Shown: positions 26,301 to 37,300 of the stretch, one piece after another
How the letters are laid out: each line of letters starts with the position of its first letter
How positions within the stretch are numbered: the first letter of the stretch is position 1
Source of the DNA: Callorhinchus milii
Taxonomy: Eukaryota
Length of the DNA stretch: 64,000 bases
NCBI RefSeq assembly: GCF_018977255.1
Contig: NW_024704743.1
Span: 47,246,001 to 47,310,000 of the forward strand
Direction of reading: 5' to 3'
Notes under the pieces: generated by a model
The model's input: the letters and a program-made list of their open reading frames with translations, nothing else
What the model was told of the DNA's origin: nothing
Database searches by the model: none
Position numbers and translations under genes: made by a program

Positions 26301-29300
26301 CCAAAGTTTGACAATCAGTAATGAGATTTGTGCCCCTGAAAAAATCTTTACTAATCCATTATATACAGTGAGCACATCAGTTAAGTAAAACACGTATCAG
26401 TACACGAAAGCCAGTTTATGCTCCCTCCCTCGCTCAACATCCCATCTCAAGATGTATCACTTTGACTGTGCTTTCTGACATCTTACGCCTCACATTTCCC
26501 TCAGCTCCTAACCCCAGTTCGGGTGTCCAGCCAGTAGCTCAGGCAATTTGGGATGTCCTCCGACGCGAAAAACACTATTCAAACATAAATTTGTATTATA
26601 CATCTGTCGTTAATTGCGAGACTTCACTGGAAGTATATTTGGCTCTAGCTCCCATTATTTTATCTTGGGATCTGGGCTCTGCTGTTCTCTGTAATGCACA
26701 AAAAGCTCATCTCCAGTGGGTGAAAGATGGAAAGAAAAGAATATTAGCAATTGTAAGATGCAAAGTATATGGAGTAATCTTGTTACATAAATGCAGCAAG
26801 CCTGAGTATGGGTAGTGTTCCTGTTTGGAGATCTACAGCAACAACTTGTTACCTCAGGTGAAAGGCACTACAGTACAATACAGCTTGAAAAGGTCTAAAG
26901 ATAGAACTGAGAATACAAATATTTGTAAATTGTTTCCCTTATGGAAAGGATTTTCTGTTTCAGGAGCAAGAAAAGTCCAAGGACAATTGGTACTTTTCTT
27001 GGATTATTACAAAAAGCATGATTACCATCACATTATAATGGCAAGAGTACAGCAAACATAATACCATAAAAATATCAGTGTGAGGAACATCTTTTTTAAA
27101 AAAAATTGAAATGGTATTTTGAGGTAATGAGACATCCTGGGTTGAGATAATGGTAAAGTTGAACTTCAGTTTCTGCTTCAGAATGACATCTCAACTTTCA
27201 GTATTATACAAAATTACATTTGTATAAGCACTTTTCACGTCGGGAAAGCCACTTCCCAAGCCACTGGACAGTCGGGGATTTTGATCCAACCTGGGGGTTG
27301 TGATAAGGGAGGTTAGAGGGCAGGGAGGGCGGCTGAAGGCTGGGTCGAAGAGGAGGTTATCGAGACGCGCCTTGGAGGAGGCAAAGGGAATGTAGGATGG
27401 AGTTCCAAAGGGTGCGGGCAGAAAGGCTGAAGGCCTGGCTGCCGATGATGGGACAGGCCAGGCGGGGGATGTGGAGCAAGCCAGAGCCTGCTGAGCAGAG
27501 GGAGCAGACAAGTTGATGTAGGGTCAGCAGGTCACAGAGGTAGGGAGGGGCAAGGCCTTGAAGGGGCATGAAGGCGAGGACGAGGATTTTGAACTCTACC
27601 CTCTGGGAGGTGGTAGCCAGTGGAGACGAATGGGGGTGATGGGGTTATGGAGACTTTTAACACAACATACTCAGGACTACATGTCTTTGCTATTGAATTA
27701 CCTGCTGCAGTCGAAGCCCAAAATGTAACCTGAAGCAGTCATAACTCATGAAGTGGCTACCTCCCTCGCAGAGAAGGTGGACGAATAATTGAACCCGTCA
27801 TACCCACATATACACACTTTGCTATTCTACTGGGAGAGAGTTTGCTAAGGACTGATCATGGGAGCTATTTGGAACAGTTCTATTGTATGCTACTTTAAAT
27901 TTTTGTTTGAAATGTCTGGTCATCATGTCTTAGACAGACTCCAGTTCAATCTGTGCTGGAGAAGTGATTTAATTACATCGCATAAGTCAGTTACTGACAT
28001 ATCCTTTTAAGATGAATAGCTCAGTAAACAAAGTGGGAAAATCTGATCCATTTGTCCATTAAATGATGTGTGTGATTTATATTATGAATGTTTTTGGTAC
28101 TGTCATAACTTTGAACAAACTTCTGTCTGCGCTTTTACTTGATCTAATCAATAGATTTTTTTAACAAAAACAGGAACCATTGGATCAGAGCTACTTTTCT
28201 AGCTATTTATTGCAGCCAGAAGTGAGGCGATCTATTCATGTAGGAAATCTGACCTTTCACGATGGATCAGAAGTGGAGAACATCTGTTGAAGGATATTAT
28301 GCAGTCGGTAAAGCCGTGGTTGGCTATATTAATGGACAAATACAGGGTGAGTTACTGTTTTACGGAAGGGTTCAGATTCTATTTTGAAAAAAAATGACAT
28401 ATAGGCAGGTTTGTAGAATCTGTTCATAAGTTTAGTTCCTATTTTAGAATAAATCATAAACAAAATGGGCTGCTGGAGATTAAATTATGCACATGTGTGT
28501 GATAAAATCTACAAAACCACTTGTAATCTTGGGTTATGTTTGAATCTTCAAAAAAAATACCCTTGGAAATTATTCAGAGGCACATTTAACCATTTAGTAC
28601 ATAAAAAGCAGTAGCATGAAATGGGATTGTCTATTAAGTTACGTGAAACCAAACAATATACAGATGTATGATTGTAAATCCTCATTTAAACATTTACTGA
28701 CATTTAGATTTTAAGATGAGTGAAGGTTGTAAAAGATAGAATTCTGCAGCAAGTTAAACTTTTTTTAGTATTTGTTTTTTCTGATAATGAATTTCAAAGG
28801 TTAATGTAGGCACAATAATGTTCGTCATTCACAGATTTACACTATACTTCAGTTTATCAGTTATTCCCAGGGCTCAGCCTATTTTGGACAAGGTACACAG
28901 TTCTATCTCTGATATTTGGAGCACGTGAAAAACTAACATTCAGGTTCAAAATCCATGATTCTGATCTCTGGTTAAAACTCTTCTCAGTCTCTGACACATC
29001 ACTTGATATGTTGCTGCTGTTGATTCTTCACACCGAAGAGACTAATATATTTCTGCAAGAATTAGAATTTATTATTTGAAAAATGGTATAACTTGGATTG
29101 CCAACATGCTGCACCATCCTGACTATTTTGGCTTGAAATTAGCTCTTGCAATCTTTACATATCAATGGGTTTCCTAGAATGAATGTCTTCTTAAATATGG
29201 GAAGAATGGAGAGACAATACCCCTAAGAGAGATTTTGACATAATTAGAATATTTTCCATCCTAATCCCAACCATGCAATGTACCCTGCAGAATTGGTTCC

Positions 29301-31296
29301 TCTCTCTCGCTCTCTCTCTGAGCTCTCTCTCCCCCACCCTCCCACCTATCGCAGAAGTATAGACAGGAAGGGGAAAGAGAGGAATACAAGCTGTGCCATG
29401 AGCTTTATTAAAAAATAAGTCAAAACCAAGTATGCAGACTGGGCAAGCATTCTGAAATCTTCCTGTAGCCATACCGCTTAATGTGGTCCATAAAGTCCTA
29501 ACTCTTCTCGTTTGATAGTACACTTAAAGCAAAACTTTTAATCTACGCCCTTGCCTTTGAGTTTAAATACACGATGTAGAGAATGAAAAAGGTAACATTG
29601 TCTACCTGAAAGTTCATTGTTCTTTGTACTTAAGGTATTGTTAACATACCATCTTGTCTGCTGATTTTACTTGGAGGTTGTCTCATTACAACATTTCCTG
29701 CTGGTTGTTGTCCTCAGATCCAACAAACCTGCCTGTCAGGCTCTCTTATATTTATTTTGAGGAAGGAATCAAGAGTACAACTTCTCCATTGTTGAACATA
29801 CTAAGGGAGCCTTTTAACTGATCCTTTGGCTGGGATCATGCCAGCAGTGTGCAGAGTTTGTGCAGATTCAAAGCCTGAAAATCCTACCAGGTTAATAGTC
29901 TTATATCAAGAGAACAATTTCTTGAATGCCAAACTTATTTCTTCTATTTCCAGCTCACTTCCCTGTAGTGCAGTCAGCTCCCATTCTTATTCATACAGTG
30001 ACTTTATGAAAGGATTTTGAAAATCTCCTATACCTTCCTTTGGGATGTCTGCTTGCAAACTGGGTTGATTGGTATTTCTCTTCTATTGAAGCCCTGTGAA
30101 TTAATCTTTTTAAATGGAAGGCTTCTACTTTAATGGCTTTTCTATTAGCATGAAATGGTGGTGAATTATAGGTTTTGATTCCTGATTTAACTTGTCTTGT
30201 GACCATACTGCCCTCTAATGACCTCCAATATTTCTTTGTAAAATGATTGAAAATTGCAATTATTGTAAGATGCTACTAGTAATTAGTATTTTTGAAAACG
30301 AGAGAAAACACTTTTTAAGACTCCCCTTTTGAGGACTCCCATATTGTGTGGACAAAAAACAACAAGAAGATGAAACCTTTTGTTTTGTATCATTTCACCA
30401 TGGAAAAATCTGTATACAACCAAATTTTAACTGGGAGGTTTTCCATTGTTCTGGCTCAGTTGGTAGCACTCTCACATCCGAATGAGAAGGTTGTGGATTC
30501 AAACCCCATGTCAGGACTTGTAACTCTTATAGTCTAAGCTGACACTGCAATGCGGTGATGGAGGTGCCATCCTTCGGATGACGCTTTAAACCAAAGCCCG
30601 ATCTACTTTTTTAGTTGGATGTTAAAGATCCCATGATACTATTCGAAAAGAGAAGGGCGCTTTTCCTAGGATCCTGATCAAAAATCCCCCAAATAAAGAA
30701 AAAAAAGTTATTAATTTCATCACTGTTTGTGGGATATTGTTGAGTGCAAATTGGCTACCATGTTCATCCACAGAATACACAGTCACTCCACTGCACAGTA
30801 TATCAAGTGAAGCACTTGAAGATGTCATCCTGGTGTGAAAAGAGCCATTCAAAATGTAAGGATTATTTCTATCATAAAACTAGTACTTGTGGGAAAAGCT
30901 AAAGATGTTCTATTGAGTGAACACCACTGGGATGTCTGCTTGCAAACTGGGCTGATTGGTATTTGCATTTCTGCTAGCTGAAGTGATCTTTATGCTAAAC
31001 AGTGGTTGAATTTGCAACCTAAAACTTTATTTCTTATTGCAGATGTGGAGCTCCATCCACATCTGTCATTATCAAGGATAAAAGCTAACTTCTTTCTCAT
31101 TCTTTATTATAATATGACCTTCCTCCATGCTGCACCTGTGCTTATCATTTTTGTTGAGAATCTGTATTTCTACTGTTGCCTAGTTATTGCCGATGTTGAT
31201 TGATTCTTTACTTCCAGTATAAGATTCTAGGAGTTCAGACAACCATACCAATTTCTGGGGTAAAATATTTTTTTAAGATTAAGTCAAGGGAATAGC

Positions 31297-31334
<38 letters not shown>

Positions 31335-34300
31335 GTCACCCATGCAATTATTTTTAAAGTAGGATTGTGTCCCTGCATTTTTTCCTTAGGAATAAAGTTA
31401 GGCGTGAGCTAACTGCATCAAAGATAACTCTCTTGGGGGGGAGGAGATTAAGAAAACCTGCCCTAAATCAAGCTGTTTTCATTTTGATTTCCCAGGAAAA
31501 CTATTTTCTAATTCCACAAGTGAATGTTTTGCTTGTCAGTTAAGAATGTGAATGCAACTGATCAAGAGTGTTGTTGAGGCTTCCATTTTCATCTGATTTA
31601 CTTGATAAAACTTTTAATGAGATAAATGTGCTGTGGAGCTACATTTCTTCATGAATCTATTAACAATAAGCTTTGCCAAATTTCAGCTACAATTGTAAAT
31701 CCCAGCTGGGGAAAGGATACGACGGATGGTTTTTCAAACTTGTATATTGTGTAAAAACCCAACCAAATCAATTATAAACAAATACTAAGTTCAAGTTTTG
31801 GATTTCCTTCTGTGGTAGAGAGAGAGAGGAACAAATTGACTGGACCTTTATGAACTCTTAAAGTCTTTATTTAAAAGTAGCTTCCATATTTCGCATCAAT
31901 TGCAAAGCGGGAAAGTGATTTTCTGCGTTTTTTCTAATCCAGTCAGGATTTTTGGATAATATATTGTGATCCAATTGACTAACATTTAGTTGAAATTTAA
32001 GTATTAAAATATTGCCTAAAATAAATTTTGAGTAATGCCACATATACTTACTATCCCTGCCAAGGATAATAACTACAAATTATATTTATATAGTAGCGCC
32101 TTTCACGTCAGGAGATCGTTCCAAGGCAATAGACAATTAAGGGTTTGCACACGAGCTAGAGGTTGGATTCAAGAGGGATGAGGAGCATGGGGATGGGAAG
32201 ATGACCGATGGCACGTCAAAGAGGAAGGTCTTGATAGGTCTTGAAAGGAGGTGAGGGAAGGGGTGAGGCGAAGAGACTCCGGGGTGGAGTCCCAGAGGAT
32301 GGGCTAGAAAGGCTGAAGGCTAGACCACTGATGGTGGAGCGGGCAGGGGATGTGAAGCAACCCCAGTGCCTGCCGAGCGTAGCGAGTGGGTGGGTTGGTA
32401 AGGTTTCAGCAGATCAAAGGTCAGGATGGGAAACACTGTGGAGGGCTTCAAACGTGAGGACAAGGATCTTGAATTTGATCCTCTGGGAGATGGGGAGCCA
32501 GTGAAGCCGGGCGAGGATAGGAGTGATAGGCTTACTGTGCTTGGTGGGAGAGAGGATATGAGTTGCAGAATTCCGAATAATCTGCAGCGTGTGAAGAGAA
32601 GAGTTGAGAAGTCTGTCGAGCAGAGAGTTAGCATAGTCGAGCCTGGATGTAACAAAAGCATAGATAAGGGTCTCAGCTGCCCGGGGGGAGAGGAAGTGGT
32701 GGCCGAGACCCTTGGGGAAGGCTGAACAGGTCAATGCATGGATGGTTTTGATCATGACACATTTCATTGTACAAAGTTTGCCAGGAGATGAGTTTACTAT
32801 CCCACTTCCTCACCTGTGCAATAGTGAGACATTTTGCAGGAATAATGTAAAATAAATATCTTGGATGCAGAAACAATTTGCGAAAACAAACAAAAATCAT
32901 CTGATGGACAGAGCAAACTCCATTAGTATCAGACATCTCCAGAGACTGTATACCCAACACCAATCAGGATTTCATCTCATTGCTGTTCACATTTGTCCAC
33001 GATCTCAAAGGCAACTTGCGTACGTCTCCTACCATTTGCCTTCAAAACGACCAGATTTAATATTGAAGAAATGGAGCGATTAGCTGCATTAAAAATAATA
33101 ATGATAATTTGGTCACTCAATCCATGGCTGTTTGTGCAAAACTACTGTGCGCAATTGGCTGCTGCGTTTCGCCCACAAAATATACAGTCACTGCACTTTG
33201 CATTATATTCTGTGAAGCGCTTTGAGTCATCTCAAAGGCGTGATAAGGTGCAATATCAAAAGTAAGGATTATTATTATTGTGTTTGTTTTTGAGCACATC
33301 AGCCACACAGGCTTCGGACATCAGCCACAAAATATGCAAGCTGCAGACATCAGTCACACAGTCGAACAGCTGAACAGCAGTTTAAGCTGTTCCTGGAAAT
33401 GCAAACCCATCTGACAACTATACCTTGCAAATGTTATAGTCCCTTGTTGACTAATCATTCACGAGAGGCTGTTGAGCATATGCAAAAATAATCTGCAATG
33501 AAAATAATGTTCAACAATTGCAAACTTTGAAACATTTGAACGTAATTTAAATTCTTGGAAAGATACGACTCAGACAGCAAATGAGAAGTAAAGTTTTTTT
33601 TACTCTTTCTTGGGTGAACGTTTATTGTCTATTCCAAGTTGTCCTAAGAAGGTAGAGATGAACTTCTCTGTAATTTGGTGCTTTCTTTGTTGCAAAGTTG
33701 CTCCCAAGATGTTGTTTGGCCAAGAGCAGGTGCTCCGAGACATTAGTCTGTATGAAGTGGATGAATCAAGGCAAGTTGTTGTCAACCTCCTTGAGTTTAA
33801 CGCAATACAATTAACATTTATATAGTGCCTTTCATGTTGGGAGGATATCTCAAAGTGCTTTACAATGTTGGATTCGCACCCAGGAAGAGTCGGTGAGAGG
33901 GAAATTTGTAATACCTGTATAATAATAATCCTTGCATTTGATATAGCGCTTTTCACGTCGGGAGGACGTCCCAAAGTGCTTCACAGAACACACTGTAAAG
34001 TGAATTGACTGTATATCTGTGGGCGAACGCGGCAGCCAATTGCGCACAGCAATGTCCCACAAACAGTCGTAGATTGAAAATGACCAATTTATTATTGTTT
34101 TGGGTTTTGGAGGGATTATTATTAGGTGTGTGGAGTAAGGAAACTTGCCCAAGGTTTTGCTCTGTCTGGAATTGAACTCAGGTCTCTCACTTGCAAAGCG
34201 AGTGCTTTAACCACTGAGCTACAGGACTCCACGATGAGGTTCATTTTGCTCAAAATACCTGATCGAAATGTCAACCCAGATACATTCCTCTCCATTTCCA

Positions 34301-37300
34301 TGATTACCCCCAAGATTCAAAAGAACCAATAAAATAATTTAGTTTGTTGCTGTATATAGTCCAATTTTACAGACATCATTCTTGCAATGAACAATATACA
34401 GCCCTTTGTTCTTTGTGTTCAGGGGCAGTTTGATTATTTCCATATTGTAGCAGGAACAGCTGTATGGCCTCTGCCTACAACATTTAATAATTGTTCTGTC
34501 CATCAGATGGTTTTTGTTTGTTTTCACAAACTGTTGCTGCATCCAAAATGTTTATTTTACATTATTCATGCAAAACATCTCAATATTGCACATGCAAGGA
34601 AGTGAGTCAGTAAATGCATGTCCGGGCAAACATTGTACAATAAAATGTGTCATGGTCAAAACTAGAAAGAGCATAATGATTTTTTTAAAAATTCAGGGAA
34701 AGGATGGATGCATTTCACAGAACTGTCTTGCAGAAATGAACTGACTACCTTATTGTCTTATTCTTTTAAACATTTGTTCTGTTAGTGTGGATATTGGCTG
34801 CAGAGATTTTTTTTAAACTTAAAACATTTGTATTTCTATTAAGTATCAAATTCATACTTCCTTTTCTGGTTTTTTTTCTGTTAGGTATTATTGTACAGTG
34901 GACAACTTGATGTTATTGTAGCGGCCCCTTTAACCGAACGCTTTCTGCTCACTGTGCCATGGTCCAAGGCTGAAGAGTTCAAAAATGTGGATAGATTCTA
35001 TTGGTCCGTCAATCCCGGTGACACTGAAGTGGCTGGTTACATCCGAAACGTTGGGGACTTTTATCAGGTATGGTAATCGCAGGGAGCTGCTACAGTGAAG
35101 AATAAATTAATTTGGGATCAATGCATCTGATGCTGAGCAAACTGTTTTTTACACTGTAACTTGTCAGTTGACACCCTATTGGGTTACTTTCCTCATAAGT
35201 AGAAATATTTATCCATTGTAATTGCTTGTTGCAAGGAAGAAGCCCATTGGCGTTGTTACTACAACTGTTTCTTCATGGCTTAGTTGGTGAACATGCTGTG
35301 AAGGTAGTCAGCCACTCAGACCAGGACAATCTCATATTTGACCCCTATTGTCTACTGAGTCGCCAAACTTGCGACAATAACTTGTGTTTACATAGCATCC
35401 TTCCTGTAGAATAACTTGTAGAATAGAGTGCTGTACAGTGGCTGGGTTGGGCACTGAGGGAGGGGGAGGTGACCATAGACGCAACGAAAGTAGTCAGTTT
35501 CAGGTGGGATTTAAAGATAAAGAAAGGGTGATGCAGGGGATTGAGGCAAGGAGTTCCAGAGATTAGGGGTGTAGTGGCTGAAGGCACAGCCATCGATGGT
35601 GGTGCAGAAAGGTCGGAGAATGCACAGCAGGTCTGGGTTAGCTGAGTGAAGCAGACAGGCAAAAATACTTTGTATTTGGTATAATGCCTTTCACATTGTG
35701 AGGACATCCAGGCAGGGCGAAACCTTGGGCAAGTTTCCTTACTCCACACGCCTAATAATAATCCCTCCAAAACCAAAAACAATAATAAATTGGTCATTTT
35801 CAATCTATGACTGTTTGTGGGACATTGCTGTGCGCAATTGGCTGCCGCGTTCGCCCACAAATATACAGTCAATTCACTTTACAGAGTGTGTTCTGTGAAC
35901 CGCTTTGGGACGTCCTCCCGACGTGAAAAGCGCTATATCAAATGCAAGGATTATTATTATTATTATCCCAAAGTGCTTCACATGATTGTTTTCAAAGTGA
36001 CTATGTGTTTTTGTGCGTGAATGTGGCAGCCAATTGGCACACAGCAATGTCCCACAAACAGCCATGGAGTGAGTGACCAATTTCATTTTGGGAATTATTG
36101 GCAGGACAATGGGAGAAACTCCTTTATATTTTTTGAATAGTGCCATGGATCTTTAACGATCACATGAACAGACAGATAGGACCTCAGTACCCCTGTAGCA
36201 CTGCATTGGAGTGTCAGCTTGGGCCATGTGAGTTCCAAGTCCCAATGTGGGGCCTAAACCTGAAACGTTCTGACTTGGAGGCAAGTGTGTAACCACCTGA
36301 GCCCACCTAACACCAAGGGCTTATGTCCTCATTGTAAGGTTTCACAAGAGGGTTTGCCCACAAAATACACAGTCACTAACTGTATAGTATATTCTCTGAA
36401 GCTCATTGAGACGTCTCGAAAACATGAAAAGGCGCTATATCAAATGCAAGGATTATTATTATTCTGCCTTTGCTACATTTAAATCAATACACCAGAATAT
36501 TAGATGATCTTAAGCATTTTGTGCAGTATCACAGTAACCTATGGTTCATTTTAAAAAAGGAAATAGAACTTGACTCAGGAAAATGGTAGTGACTGCTTTG
36601 TTTAAAATTAACTTTTTATGAGGGTTTTCAAAAAATTATTCAGAACACTAAATTTGTCTTTACTAAATACCTTCATAAACTAGAGAATAAAAGTCATTTT
36701 GCAGTTTGCTCCTTTCAATGCCTTGGGATGACCTCCCAATGTGAAAGGCGCAATATAAATGCAATTTTTTCATTTCCTAGTCCCTGTTTGGCCTATCCCC
36801 TTACTCCTCTGGAACTTCTCCTCCTTTGAGCACCTTACCCTTTATCACCCCTCCAACCTTTCCCTCAAAATTCTCCTTATCTACCTCTCCCTCTCCCTCT
36901 GATCTAAACGCCTCCTCATCCTTGGCGACTTCAACCTTCACTTCACCCCCTCCTGCTCTACCTCTACTACTCTTCCTCCCTTATCTCCTCCCTCAACTTC
37001 TCCCTCCACATCCACTCCGCCACCCATGTCCATGGTTAACCCCTTGACCTGGTAATCACTGGGGGCCTCACTGTCTTGGACCTCACCACCATCATCGACA
37101 AAGCGATCTTGGACCATCACTTCATCTCCCTTAACTCCTCAATCCCTCTCCCCACTGCCACCCAACCCACTCCATCTCGTACTGCTGTGGAAAAAAATCT
37201 CCCCCCCCGGCTGCCTTGGAGTCATCTGAACTCCTTCCCCTCTGGGCTTCCTCCCGCACTGACCTATCCTCCTCAGTCACTCTTCTCCACAGCTCCCTCT

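Noticed and set aside
28288..28290. TGA as selenocysteine or readthrough in CPVL
   Set aside because: Homologous sequence continues in a different frame, so this is a frameshift and not an in-frame stop
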